Below the pieces are notes generated by a model that was not told the origin of the DNA, did no database searches, and saw nothing but the letters and a program-made list of their open reading frames with translations. A stretch of DNA of 64,000 nucleotides from Bispira polyomma (lineage: Eukaryota), in the NCBI GenBank assembly GCA_965649765.1, contig OZ287750.1:12338001-12402000 (forward strand), written 5' to 3'. Positions 39,737 to 54,833 of this stretch are shown one piece after another (the first letter of the stretch is position 1; each line of letters opens with the position of its first letter). A program made the position numbers and the translations under genes.

Positions 39737-42700
39737 GATTTTTGTTTAATCGTTAGAAAACGAAGGTTTTGATAAAGCATCATTACAGATGTGACTCCAA
39801 TACACATAAATGACAGAGTAACACCTCAATCGCTGACATTCTATATTACACCTCAAAATACGTTGACTATGCGAAGCCAATTTCAACATCATCTTATTCG
39901 ATGAAATAACTATTACTCCCCACCACTGCACTGTAATACTACGCTTCATAAAATATCTGCCCCAGTAGCTCAGTCGGTTAAAGCGCAATACTTATGAACA
40001 GCTTTTAAACATCCTGTATGTTTCACAGTGCTCTCAGCTTTACCAAGGTCTTGAGTTTGAGCCTCACCTGGGGCAAAATATCTACTTTTGACAAAATTAC
40101 AGTTAAAATGCATTTCTAAATACAATTCAATCATTAATTTAACTTTGATCCTGAACACAAATAAATTTTAAATAAAAAGTATGCATAATTTAATAATAGA
40201 ATCAGTGTTTAAAATAAATACAGACAATGACTCAATTAAAATGGATCCCAGGCAAGGTGAGTTTGAAGGTATTTGGACATAAATCATGCAATAAGTATTT
40301 CACTGACTAAAATGCTTCCATTTTGTCTTTTATCCCTATTTAAAAGCAACTTAATGATCATTTCAGCAGCAATGGCAATCAGATCTGTAAATAACAGCTT
40401 TCACTAATGTTTTACAAAACTGCACAATAGTTTTGTCATGTCTTTTTCAAAAGTCTGCTAGTATGGGCAGTTATGGCCGAGTGGTTAAGGCGTTGGACTT
40501 GAAATCTAATGGGCTATGCGCAAGTAGGTTAGAATCCTGCTAACTGCAATATTTATTTGCAAAAGTAAGGCATGAACCAGTACAGCACATTTATTTATTG
40601 ATGTCCTCAAATGCACAAACAGTATGTTAAATGGTTTATTGCGATTAAAACACCATATTAATTGGATTGAAGAAACCAGTGGGTTCGAACCCCACTATTA
40701 CTCCCCACCACTGTACTGCAATACTACGCTTCATAAACTATCTGCCCCAGTAGCTGAGTTGGTTAAAGTGCAATGCTTACGAACAGTATTTAAACATCCT
40801 GTATGTTTCACAGTGCTCTCAGCTATGCCGAGGTCGTGTGTTCGAGCCTCACCTGGGGCAAAATATCTACTTTTGATTACAGTTAAGATGCATTTCTAAA
40901 TACAACTCAACCATTAATTTAATTTTGATCCTGAACACAAGTAAATTTTAAATAAAAAGTATGCATAATTTAATAATAGAATCAGTGTTTTAAAATAAAT
41001 ACAGACACAAATCATACAATAAGTATTTCACTGACTAAAATGCTTCCATTTTGTCTTTGGTCTCTATTTAAAAGCAACTTAATGATCATTTCAGCAGCAA
41101 TGGCAATCAGCTCTGTAAATAACAGCTTTCACTAATGTTTCACAAAACTGCACAATAGTTTTGTCACGTCTTTTTCAAAAGTTTGCTAATATGGGCAGTT
41201 ATGGCTGAGTGGTTAAGGCGTTAGACTTGAAATCTAATGGGCTATGCCCACGTACATTCGAATTCTGCTAACTGTGATGTTTATTTGCAAAAATAAGGCA
41301 TCTTCCAGCACAGCACATTCATTTATTGATGTCCTCAAATGCATAAACAGTATGTTAAATGGTTTATCGCGATTAAAACACTATATTAATTGGACTGAAG
41401 AAACCAGGATGGCCGAGTGGTTAAGGCGTTGGACTTAAGTTCCAATGGAAGAATGTTTGCGTTGGTTCGAACCCCATTTCGGGTAGATTTTGTTTAATCA
41501 TTAGAAAATCTAAGGTTTTGATAAAGCATCATTACAGATGTGACTCCAATACACATAAATGACAGAGTAACACCTCAATCGCTGACATTCTATATTACAC
41601 CTCAAAATACGTTGACTATGCGAAGCCAATTTCATCATCATCTTATTCAATGAAATAACTATTACTCCCTATCACTGCACTGTAATACTGTTCTTCATAA
41701 ACTATCTGCCCCAGTAGCTCAGTCGGTTAAAGCGCAATACTTATGAACAGCTTTTAAACATCCTTTATGTTTCTCAGTGCTCTCAGCTTTACCAAGGTCT
41801 TGAGTTCAAGCCTCACGTGGGGCAAAATATCTACCTTTGATTACAGTTAACATGCATTTCTAAATACAACTCAACCATTAATTTAATTTTGATCCGGAAC
41901 ACAAGTAAATTTTAAATAAAAAGTATGCATAATTTAATAATAGAATCAGTGTTTTAAAATAAATACAGACACAAATCATACAATAAGCATTTCACTGACT
42001 AAAATGCTTCCATTTTGTCTTTTATCTCTATTTAAAAGCAACTTAATGATTATTTCAGCAGCAATGTCAATCAGATCTGCAAATAACAGCTTTCACTAAT
42101 GTTTTACAAAACTGCACAATAGTTTTGTCATGTTTTTTCAAAAGTCTGCTAATATGGGCAGTTATGGCAGAGTGGTTAAGGCGTTAGACTTGAAATCTAA
42201 TGGGCTATGGGCAAGTAGGTTCGAATCCTGCTAACTGCAATGTTTATTTGCAAAAGTAAGGCATCAGCCAGTACAGCACATTTATTTATTGATGTCCTCA
42301 AATGCACAAACAGTATGTTAAATGGTTTATTGCGATTAAAACACCATATTAATTGGATTGAAGAAACCAGTGGGTTCGAACCCCACTATTACTCCCCACC
42401 ACTGCACTGCAATACTATGCTTCAGAAACTATCTGCCCCAGTAGCTCAGTTGATTTAAGGTCAATGCTTACGAACAGTATTTAAACATCCCGTATGTTTC
42501 ACAGTGCTCTCAGCTATGCCGAGGTCGTGTGTTCGAGCCTCACCTGGGGCAAAATATCTACTTTTGATTACAGTTAAGATGCATTTCTAAATACAACTCA
42601 ACCATTAATTTAATTTTGATCCTGAACACAAGTAAATTTTAAATAAAAAGTATGCATAATTTAATAATAGAATCAGTGTTTTAAAATAAATACAGACACA

Positions 42701-45700
42701 AATCATACAATAAGTATTTCACTGACTAAAATGCTTCCATTTTGTCTTTGGTCTCTATTTAAAAGCAACTTAATGATCATTTCAGCAGCAATGGCAATCA
42801 GCTCTGTAAATAACAGCTTTCACTAATGTTTCACAAAACTGCACAATAGTTTTGTCACGTCTTTTTCAAAAGTTTGCTAATATGGGCAGTTATGGCTGAG
42901 TGGTTAAGGCGTTAGACTTGAAAATCTAATGGGCTATGCGCAAGTAGGTTAGAATCCTGCTAACTGCAATATTTATTTGCAAAAGTAAGGCATCAACCAG
43001 TACAGCACATTTATTTATTGATGTCCTCAAATGCACAAACAGTATGTTAAATGGTTTATTGCGATTAAAACACCATATTAATTGGATTGAAGAAACCAGT
43101 GGGTTCGAACCCCACTATTACTCCCCACCACTGTACTGCAATACTACGCTTCATAAACTATCTGCCCCAGTAGCTCAGTTGGTTAAAGTGCAATGCTTAC
43201 GAACAGTATTTAAACATCCTGTATGTTTTGTAGTGCTCTCAGCTATGCCGAGGTCGTGTGTTCGAGCCTCACCTGGGGCAAAATATCTACTTTTGATTAC
43301 AGTTAAGATGCATTTCTAAATACAACTCAACCATTAATTTAATTTTGATCCTGAACACAAGTAAATTTTAAATAAAAAGTATGCATAATTTAATAATAGA
43401 ATCAGTGTTTTAAAATAAATACAGACACAAATCATACAATAAGTATTTCACTGACTAAAATGCTTCCATTTTGTCTTTGGTCTCTATTTAAAAGCAACTT
43501 AATGATCATTTCAGCAGCAATGGCAATCAGCTCTGTAAATAACAGCTTTCACTAATGTTTCACAAAACTGCACAATAGTTTTGTCACGTCTTTTTCAAAA
43601 GTTTGCTAATATGGGCAGTTATGGCTGAGTGGTTAAGGCGTTAGACTTGAAATCTAATGGGCTATGCCCACGTAGATTCGAATTCTGCTAACTGCGATGT
43701 TTATTTGCAAAAATAAGGCATCTTCCAGCACAGCACATTCATTTATTGATGTCCTCAAATGCATAAACAGTATGTTAAATGGTTTATCGCGATTAAAACA
43801 CTATATTAATTGGACTGAAGAAACCAGGATGGCGAGTGGTTAAGGCGTTGAACTTAAGTTCCAATGGAAGAATGTCTGCGTTGGTTCGAACCCCATTTCT
43901 GGTAGATTTTGTTTAATCATTAGAAAATCTAAGGTTTTGATAAAGCATCATTACAGATGTGACTCCAATACACATAAATGACAGAGTAACACCTCAATCG
44001 CTGACATTCTGTATTACACCTCAAAATACGTTAACTATGCGAAGCCAATTGAATCATCATCTTATTCAATGAAATAACTATTACTCCCTATCACTGCACT
44101 GTAATACTGTTCTTCATAAACTATCTGCCCCAGTAGCTCAGTCGGTTAAAGCGCAATACTTAAGAACAGCTTTTCAACATCCTGTATGTTTCACAGTGCT
44201 CTCAGCTTTACCAAGGTCTTGAGTTCAAGCCTCACGTGGGGCAAAATATCTACCTTTGATTACAGTTAACATGCATTTCTAAATACAACTCAACCATTAA
44301 TTTAATTTTGATCCGGAACACAAGTAAATTTTAAATAAAAAATATGCATAATTTAATAATAGAATCAGTGTTTTAAAATAAATACAGACACAAATCATAC
44401 AATAAGCATTTCACTGACTAAAATGCTTCCATTTTGTCTTTTATCTCTATTTAAAAGCAACTTAATGATTATTTCAGCAGCAATGTCAATCAGATCTGCA
44501 AATAACAGCTTTCACTAATGTTTTACAAAACTGCACAATAGTTTTGTCATGTCTTTTTCAAAAGTTTGCCAATATGGGCAGTTATGGCTGAGTGGTTAAT
44601 GCGTTAGACTTGAAATCTAATGGACTATGTCCATGTAGGTTCGAATCCTGCTAACTGGGATGTTCATTTGCAAAAATAAGGCATCATCCAGTACAGCACA
44701 TTTATTTATTGACAAACAGTGTGTTAAATGGTTTATCACGATTAAAACACTATATTAATTGTACTTAACAAACCAGGATGGCTGAGGGGTTAAGGCGTTG
44801 AACTTAAGTTCTAATGGATGAATGCCTGCGTTGTTTAATCGTTAGAAAATCTAAGGTTTTGATAAAGCATCATTACAGATGTGACTCCAATACACATAAA
44901 TGACAGAGTAACACCTCAATCGCTGACATTCTATATTACACCTCAAAATACGTTGACTATGCGAAGCCAATTTCAACATCATCTTATTCGATGAAATAAC
45001 TATTATTCCCCACCACTGCACTGTAATACTACGCTTCATAAAATATCTGCCCCAGTAGCTCAGTCGGTTAAAGCGCAATACTTATGAACAGCTTTTAAAC
45101 ATCCTGTATGTTTCACAGTGCTCTCAGCTTTACCAAGGTCTTGAGTTGAAGCCTCACCTGGGGCAAAATATCTACTTTTAATTACAGTTAAAATGCATTT
45201 CTAAATACAATTCAATCATTAATTTAACTTTGAGCTTGAACACAAATAAATTTTAAATAAAAAGTATGCATAATTTAATAATAGAATCAGTGTTTAAAAT
45301 AAATACAGACAATGACTCAATTAAAATGGATCCCAGGCAAGGTGAGTTTGAAGGTATTTGGACACAAATCATGCAATAAGTATTTCACTGACTAAAATGC
45401 TTCCATTTTGTCTTTTATCTCTATTTAAAAGCAACTTAATGATCATTTCAGCAGCAATGTCAATCAGATCTGCAAATAACAGCTTTCACTAATGTTTTAC
45501 AAAACTGCACAATAGTTTTGTCATGTCTTTTTCAAAAGTCTGCTAATATGGGCAGTTATGGCTGAGTGGTTAAGGCGTTAGACTTGAAATCTAATGGGCT
45601 ATGCGCAAGTAGGTTAGAATCCTGCTAACTGCAATATTTATTTGCAAAAGTAAGGCATCAACCAGTACAGCACATTTATTTATTGATGTCCTCAAATGCA

Positions 45701-48700
45701 CAAACAGTATGTTAAATGGTTTATTGCGATTAAAACACTATATTAATTGGACTGACGAAACCAGTGGGTTCGAACCCCACTATTACTCCCCACCACTGCA
45801 CTGCAATACTACGCTTCATAAACTATCTGCCCCAGTAGCTCAGTCAGTTAAAGTGCAATGCTTACGAACAGTATTTAAACATCCTGTATGTTTCACAGTG
45901 CTCTCAGCTATGCTGAGGTCGTGTGTTCGAGCCTCACCTGGGGCAAAATATCTACTTTTGATTACAGTTAAGATGCATTTCTAAATACAACTCAACCATT
46001 AATTTAATTTTGATCCTGAACACAAGTAAATTTTAAATAAAAAGTATGCATAATTTAATAATAGAATCAGTGTTTTAAAATAAATACAGACACAAATCAT
46101 ACAATAAGTATTTCACTGACTAAAATGCTTCCATTTTGTCTTTGGTCTCTATTTAAAAGCAACTTAATGATCATTTCAGCAGCAATGGCAATCAGCTCTG
46201 TAAATAACAGCTTTCACTAATGTTTTACAAAACTGCACAATAGTTTTGTCATGTCTTTTTCAAAAGTTTGCTAATATGGGCAGTTATGGCTGAGTGGTTA
46301 AGGCGTTAGACTTGAAATCTAATGGGCTATGCCCACGTAGATTCGAATTCTGCTAACTGCGATGTTTATTTGCAAAAATAAGGCATCTTCCAGCACAGCA
46401 CATTTATTTATTGATGGCCTCAAATGCATAAACAGTATGTTAAATGGTTTATCACGATTAAAACACTATATTAATTGGACTGAAGCAACCAGGATGGCTG
46501 AGTGGTTAAGGCGTTGGACTTAAGTTCCAATGGAAGAATGTACGCGTTGGTTCGAACCCCATTTCTGGTAGATTTTGTTTAATCATTAGAAAATCTTAGG
46601 TTTTGATAAAGCATCATTACAGATGTGACTCCAATACACATAAATGACAGAGTAACACCTCAATCGCTGACATTCTGTATTACACCTCAAAATACGTTGA
46701 CTATGCGAAGCCAATTTCATCATCATCTTATTCAATGAAATAACTATTACTCCCTACCACTGCACTGTAATACTGTTCTTCATAAACTATCTGCCCCAGT
46801 AGCTCAGTCGGTTAAAGCGCAATACTTATGAACAGCTTTTAAACATCCTGTATGTTTCACAGTGCTCTCAGCTTTACCAAGGTCTTGAGTTCAAGCCTCA
46901 CGTGGGGCAAAATATCTACCTTTGATTACAGTTAACATGCATTTCTAAATACAACTCAACCATTAATTTAATTTTGATCCGGAACACAAGTAAATTTTAA
47001 ATAAAAAGTATGCATAATTTAATAATAGAATCAGTGTTTTAAAATAAATACAGACACAAAGCATACAATAAGTATTTCACTGACTAAAATGCTTCCATTT
47101 TGTCTTTTATCTCTATTTAAAAGCAACTTAATGATTATTTCAGCAGCAATGTCAATCAGATCTGCAAATAACAGCTTTCACTAATGTTTTACAAAACTGC
47201 ACAATAGTTTTGTCATGTCTTTTTCAAAAGTTTGACAATATGGGCAGTTATGGCTGAGTGGTTAATGCCTTAGACTTGAAATCTAATGGACTATGTCCAT
47301 GTAGGTTCGAATCCTGCTAACTGGGATGTTCATTTGCAAAAATAAGGCATCATCCAGTACAGCACATTTATTTATTGATGTCTTCAAATGCACAAACAGT
47401 ATGTTAAATGGTTTATCGCGATTAAAACACTATATTAATTGGACTGAACAAAGCAGGATGGCCGAGTGGTTAAGGCGTTGGACTTAAGTTCCAATGGATG
47501 AATGTCCCCCTGGGTTCGAACCCCACTTCTGGTAGATTTTTGTTTAATCGTTAAAAAATCTAAGGTTTTGATAAAGCATCATTACAGATGTGACCCCAAT
47601 ACACATAAATGACAGAGTAACACCTCAATCGTTGACATTCTATATTATACCTCAAAATACATTGACTGTGCGAAGCCAATTTCAACATCATCTTATTCGA
47701 TGAAATAACTATTACTCCTCACCACTGCACTGTAATACTACGCTTCATAAACTATCTGCCCCAGTAGCTCAGTTGGTTAGAGCGCGGTACTTATAAACAG
47801 TATTTAAACATCCTGTATGTTTCACAGTGCTCTCAGCTATGCCGAAGTCGTGAGTTTGAGCCTGACCTGGGGCAAAATGTCAACTTCTGATAACAGTTAA
47901 AATGCATTTTTAAATACAACTCAACCATTAATTTAACTTTGATCCTGAACACAAATCAATTTTAAATAAAAAGCATGCATAATTTAATAATAGAATCAGT
48001 GTTTTAAAATAAATACAGACACAAATCATACAATAAGTATTTCACTGACTAAAATGCTTCCATTTTGTCTTTGATCTCTATTTAAAAGCAACTTAATGAT
48101 CATTTCAGCAGCAATGGCAATCAGCTCTGTAAATAACAGCTTTCACTAATGTTTCACAAAACTGCACAATAGTTTTGTCACATCTTTTTCAAAAGTTCGC
48201 TAATATGGGCAGTTATGGCCGAGTGGTTAAGGTCTTAGACTTGAAATCTAATGGACTATGCCCACATAGATTCGAATTCTGCTAACTGCGATGTTTATTT
48301 GCAAAAATATGGCATCAACCAGAACAGCACATTTATTTGTTGATGTCCTCAAATGCACAAACAGTATGTTAAATGGTTTATCACGATTAAAACACTATAT
48401 TAATTGGACTGAAGAAACCAGGATGGCTGAGTCCATGCATAATTTAATAATAGAATCAGTGTTTAAAATAAATACAGACAATGACTCAATTAAAATGGAT
48501 CCTAGGCAAGGTGAGTTTGAAGGTATTTGGACATAAATCATACAATAAGTATTTTACTGACTAAAATGCTTCCATTTTGTCTTTTATCTCTATTTAAAAG
48601 CAACTTAATGATTATTTCAGCAGCAATGTCAATCAGATCTGCAAATAACAGCTTTCACTAATGTTTTACAAAACTGCACAATAGCTTTGTCATGTCTTTT

Positions 48701-48928
48701 TCAAAAGTTTGCTAATATGGGCAGTTATGGCTGAGTGGTTAAGGCGTTAGACTTGCAATGTAATGGGCTATGCCCATGTAGGTTCGAATCCTGCTAACTG
48801 TGGTATTTATTTGCAAAAATAAGGCATCTTCCAGCACAGCACATTTATTTATTGATGTCCTCAAATGCACAAACAGTATGTTAAATGCTTTATCACGATT
48901 AAAACACTATATTAATTGGACTGAACAA

Positions 48929-49011
48929 ACCAGGATGGCCGAGTGGTTAAGGCGTTGGACTTAAGTTCCAATGGATGAATATCCGCGTGGGTTCGAACCC
49001 CACTTCTGGTA
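48929..49011 (+). tRNA. tRNA-Leu(TAA), intact
   Basis: All stems pair, variable arm present, T5 terminator. Confidence 0.88.
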
Positions 49012-50173
49012 GATTTTTGTTTAATCGTTAAAAAATCTAAGGTTTTGATAAAGCATCATTACAGATGTGACTCCAATACACGCTGACATTCTATATTATA
49101 CCTCAAAATACGTTGATTATGCGAAGCCAATTTCAACATCATCTTATTCGATGAAATAACTATTACTCCCCACCACTGCACTGTATTACTACGCTTGATA
49201 AACTATCTGCCCCAGTAGCTCAGTTGGTTAGAGCGCGGTACTTATAAACAGTATTTAAACATCCTGTATGTTTCACAGTGCTCTCAGCTATGCCGAAGTC
49301 GTGAGTTTGAGCCTGACCTGGGGCAAAATGTCAACTTCTGATAACAGTTAAAATGCATTTTTAAATACAACTCAACCATTAATTTAACTTTGATCCTGAA
49401 CACAAATCAATTTTAAATAAAAAGTATGCATAATTTAATAATAGAATCAGTGTTTTAAAATAAATACAGACACAAATCATACAATAAGTATTTCACTGAC
49501 TAAAATGCTTCCATTTTGTCTTTGATCTATATTTAAAAGCAACTTAATGATCATTTCAGCAGCAATGTCAATCAGATCTGCAAATAACAGCTTTCACTAA
49601 TGTTTCACAAAACTGCACAATAGTTTTGTCACGTCTTTTTCAAAAGTTTGCTAGTATGGGCAGTTATGGCCGAGTGGTTAAGGCGTTAGACTTGAAATCT
49701 AATGGGCTATGCCCAAGTAGGTTCGAATCCTGCTGACTGCGATGTTTGTTTGCAAAAATAAGGCATCTTCCAGTACAGCACATTTATTTATTGATGTCCT
49801 CAAATGCACAAACAGTATGTTAAATGGTTTATCACGATTAAAACACTATATTAATTGGACTGAACAAAGCAGGATGGCCGAGTGGTTAAGGCGTTGGACT
49901 TAAGTTCCGATGGACAAATGTCCGCGTGGTTTTGAGCCCCACTTCTGGCAGATTTTTGTTTAATCGTTAAAAAATCTAAGGTTTTGATAAAGCATCATTA
50001 CAGATGTGACTCCAATACACATAAATGACAGAGTAACACCTCAATCGCTGACATTCTATATTATACCTCAAAATACGTTGACTATGCAAAGCCAATTTCA
50101 ACATCATCTTATTCGATGAAATAACTATTACTCCCCACCACTGCACTGTAATACTACGCTTCATAAACTGTCT

Positions 50174-50290
50174 GCCCCAGTAGCTCAGTCGGTTAGAGCG
50201 CGGTACTTATAAACAGTATTTAAGCATCCTGTATGTTTCACAGTGCTCTCAGCTATGCCGAGGTTGTGAGTTCGAGCCTCACCTGGGGCA
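50174..50290 (+). tRNA. tRNA-Ile(TAT) with 43-nt intron, intact
   Basis: GCCCCAGTAGCTCAGTCGGTTAGAGCGCGGTACTTATA-intron-ATGCCGAGGTTGTGAGTTCGAGCCTCACCTGGGGCA. Confidence 0.9.
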
Positions 50291-50437
50291 AAATATCAAC
50301 TTTTGATAACAACTAAGCAACTTAATGATCATTTCAGCAGCAATGTCAATCAGATCTGCAAATAACAGCTTTCACTAATGTTTTACAAAACTGCACAATA
50401 GTTTTGTCATGTCTTTTTCAAAAGTCTGCTAGTATGG

Positions 50438-50519
50438 GCAGTTATGGCCGAGTGGTTAAGGCGTTAGACTTGAAATCTAATGGGCTATGCCCACGTAGGT
50501 TCGAATCCTGCTGACTGCG
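50438..50519 (+). tRNA. tRNA-Ser(TGA), intact
   Basis: GCAGTTATGGCCGAGTGGTTAAGGCGTTAGACTTGAAATCTAATGGGCTATGCCCACGTAGGTTCGAATCCTGCTGACTGCG; long variable arm, G73. Confidence 0.92.
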
Positions 50520-51942
50520 ATATTTGTTTGCAAAAGTAAGGCATCAACCAGTACAGCACATTTATTTATTGATGTCCTCAAATGCACAAACAGAATGTTA
50601 AATGGTTTATCGCGATTAAAACACTATATTAATTGGACTGAAGAAACCAGTTGGTTTGAACCCCACTATTACTCCCCACTACTGCACTGTAATACTACGC
50701 TTCCCCAACTATCAGCCCCAGTAGCTCAGTTGGTTAGAGCGCTATACTTATAAACAGTATTTAAACATCCTGTATGTTTCACAGTGCTCTCAGCTATGCT
50801 GAGGTCGTGTGTTCGAGCCTCATCTGGGGCAAAATATTGACTCTTGATTACAGTTAACATTTATTTGTAAATACAACTGAACCATTAATTTAACTTTGAT
50901 CCTGAACATAAGTAAATTTTAAATAAAAAGTATGCATAATTTAATAATAGAATCAATGTTTAAAATAAATACAGATACAAATCATACAATAAGTATTTCA
51001 CTGACTAAAATGCTTCCATTTTGTCTTTTATCTCTATTTAAAAGCAACTTAATGATCATTTCAGCAGCAATGTCAATCAGATCTGCAAATAACAGCTTTC
51101 ACTAATGTTTCACAAAACTGTACAATAGTTTTGTCACGTCTTTTTCAAAAGTTCGCTAATATGGGCAGTTATGGCCGAGTGGTTAAGCTGTTAGACTTGA
51201 AATCTAATGAACTATGCCCACATAGGTTCGAATCCTGCTAACTGTGATATTTATTTGCAAAAATAAGGCATCTTCCAGCACAGCACATTTATTTATTGAT
51301 GTCCTCAAATGCATAAACAGTATGTTAAATGGTTTATCACGATTAAAACACTATATTAATTGGACTGAACAAAGCAGGATGGCCGAGTGGTTAAGGCGTT
51401 GGACTTAAGTTCCGATGGACAAATGTCCGCGTGGTTTTGAGCCCCACTTCTGGCAGATTTTTGTTTAATCGTTAAAAAATCTAAGGTTTTGATAAAGCAT
51501 CATTACAGATGTGACTCCAATACACATAAATGACAGAGTAACACCTCAATCGCTGACATTCTATATCATACCTCAAAATACGTTGATTATGCGAAGCCAA
51601 TTTCAACATCATCTTATTCGATGAAATAACTATTACTCCCCACCACTGCACTGTAATACTACGCTTCATAAACTATCTGCCCCAGTAGCTCAGTCGGTTA
51701 GAGCGCGGTACTTATAAACAGTATTTAAACATCCTGTATGTTTCACAGTGCTCTCAGCTATGCCGAGGTCGTGAGTTCAAGCCTCACCTAGGGCAAAATA
51801 TCAACTTTTGATAACAACTAAGCAACTTAATGATCATTTCAGCAGCAATGTCAATCAGATCTGCAAATAACAGCTTTCACTAATGTTTTACAAAACTGCA
51901 CAATAGTTTTGTCATGTCTTTTTCAAAAGTCTGCTAGTATGG

Positions 51943-52024
51943 GCAGTTATGGCCGAGTGGTTAAGGCGTTAGACTTGAAATCTAATGGGCTATGCCCACG
52001 TAGGTTCGAATCCTGCTGACTGCG
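51943..52024 (+). tRNA. tRNA-Ser(TGA), intact
   Basis: Identical to the 50438 copy. Confidence 0.92.
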
Positions 52025-53183
52025 ATATTTGTTTGCAAAAGTAAGGCATCAACCAGTACAGCACATTTATTTATTGATGTCCTCAAATGCACAAACAGAA
52101 TGTTAAATGGTTTATCGCGATTAAAACACTATATTAATTGGACTGAAGAAACCAGTGGGTTCGAACCCCACTATTACTCCCCACTACTGCACTGTAATAC
52201 TACGCTTCCCCAACTATCTGCCCCAGTAGCTCAGTTGGTTAGAGCGCTATACTTATAAACAGTATTTAAACATCTGGTATGTTTCACAGTGCTCTCAGCT
52301 ATGCTGAGGCCGTGTGTTCGAGCCTCACCTGGGGCAAAATATTGACTTTTGATTACAGTTAACATGTATTTCTAAATACAACTGAACCATTAATTTAACT
52401 TTGATCCTGAACATAAGTAAATTTTAAATAAAAAGTATACATAATTTAATAATAGAATCAATGTTTAAAATAAATACAGACACAAATCATACAATAAGTA
52501 TTTCACTGATTAAAATGCTTCCATTTTGTCTTTTATCTCTATTTAAAAGCAACTTAATGATTATTTCAGCAGCAATGTCAATCAGATCTGCAAATAACAG
52601 CTTTCACTAATGTTTTACAAAACTGCACAATAGCTTTGTCATGTCTTTTTCAAAAGTTTGCTAATATGGGCAGTTATGGCTGAGTGGTTAAGGCGTTAGA
52701 CTTGAAATCTAATGGACTATGTCCATGTATGTTCGAATCCTGCTAACTGCAATGTTCATTTGCAAAAATAAGGCATCATCCAGTACAGCACATTTATTTA
52801 TTGATGTCCTTAAATACACAAACAGTATGTTAAATGGTTTATCACGATTAAAACACTATATTAATTGAACTGGACAAACCAGGATGGCCGAGTGGTTAAG
52901 GTGTTAGACTTAAGTTCCAATGGATGAATGTTTGCGAGGATTCGAGCCCCACTTCTGGCAGATTTTTGTTAAATCGTTAGAAAATCTAAGGTTTTGATAA
53001 AGCATCATTACAGATGTGACTCCAATACACATAAATGACAGAGTAACACCTCAATCGCTGACATTCTATATTATACCTCAAAATACGTTGACTATGCGAA
53101 GCCAATTTCAACATCATCTTATTCGATGAAATAACTATTACTCCCCACCACTGCACTGTAATGCTACGCTTCATAAACTATCT

Positions 53184-53300
53184 GCCCCAGTAGCTCAGTC
53201 GGTTAGAGCGCGGTACTTATAAACAGTATTTAAACATCCTGTATGTTTCACAGTGCTCTCAGCTATGCCGAGGTCGTGAGTTCGAGCCTCACCTGGGGCA
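53184..53300 (+). tRNA. tRNA-Ile(TAT) with intron (53222-53264), intact
   Basis: Canonical cloverleaf after removing the 37/38 intron. Confidence 0.9.
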
Positions 53301-54833
53301 AAATATCAACTCTTTATAACAACTAAGCAACTTAATGATCATTTCAGCAGCAATGGCAATCAGATCTGCAAATAACAGCTTTCACTAATGTTTTACAAAA
53401 CTGCACAATAGTTTTGTCATGTCTTTTTCAAAAGTCTGCTAGTATGGGCAAAAATAAGGCATCATCCAGTACAGCACATTTATTTATTGATGTCCTTAAA
53501 TACACAAACAGTATGTTAAATGGTTTATCACGATTAAAACACTATATTAATTGAACTGGACAAACCAGGATGGCCGAGTGGTTAAGGCGTTGGACTTAAG
53601 TTCCAATGGATGAATGTCCGCGTGGGTTGGAACTCCACTTCTGGTAGATTTTTGTTTAATCGTTAAAAAATCTAAGGTTTTGATAAAGCATCATTACAGA
53701 TGTGACTCCAATACACATAAATGACAGAGTAACACCTCAATCGCTGACATTCTATATTATACCTCAAAATACATTGACTGTGCGAAGCCAATTTCAACAT
53801 CATCTTATTCGATGAAATAACTATTACTCCCCATCACTGCACTGTAATACTACGCTTCATAAACTATCTGCCCCAGTAGCTCAGTTGGTTAGAGCGCGGT
53901 ACTTATAAACAGTATTTAAACATCCTGTATGTTTCACAGTGCTCTCAGCTATGCTGAAGTCGTGAGTTTGAGCCTGACCTGGGGCAAAATGTCAACTTCT
54001 GATAACAGTTAAAATACATTTTTAAATACAACTCAACCATTAATTTAACTTTGATCCTGAACACAAATCAATTTTAAATAAAAAGTATGCATAATTTAAT
54101 AATAGAATCAGTGTTTTAAAATAAATACAGACACAAATCATACAATAAGTACTTCACTGACTAAAATGCTTCCATTTTGTCTTTGATCTATATTTAAAAG
54201 CAACTTAATGATCATTTCAGCAGCAATGGCAATCAGCTCTGTAAATAACAGCTTTCACTAATGTTTCACAAAACTGCACAATAGTTTTGTCACATCTTTT
54301 TCAAAAGTTGCTAATATGGGCAGTTATGGCCGAGTGGTTAAGGTGTTAGACTTGAAATCTAATGGGCTATGCCCACGTAGATTCGAATTCTGCTAACTGC
54401 GATGTTTATTTGCAAAAATAAGGCATCTTCCAGCACAGCACATTTAATTATTGATGTCCTTAAATACACAAACAGTATGTTAAATGGTTTATCACGATTA
54501 AAACACTATATTAATTGAACTGGACAAACCAGGATGGCCGAGTGGTTAAGGCGTTAGACTTAAGTTCCAATGGATGAATGTTTGCGAGGATTCGAGCCCC
54601 ACTTCTGGCAGATTTTTGTTTAATCGTTAGAAAATCTAAGGTTTTGATAAAGCATCATTACAGATGTGACTCCAATACACATAAATGACAGAGTAACACC
54701 TCAATCGCTGACATTCTATATTATACCTCAAAATACGTTGACTATGCGAAGCCAATTTCAACATCATCTTATTCGATGAAATAACTATTACTCCCCACCA
54801 CTGCACTGTAATGCTACGCTGCATAAACTATCT

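Noticed and set aside
35572-45950. Ile bodies with TAC (Val) or TAA anticodons as recoded tRNAs
   Set aside because: Anticodon and D stems are disrupted in the same copies, so they are best read as pseudogenes
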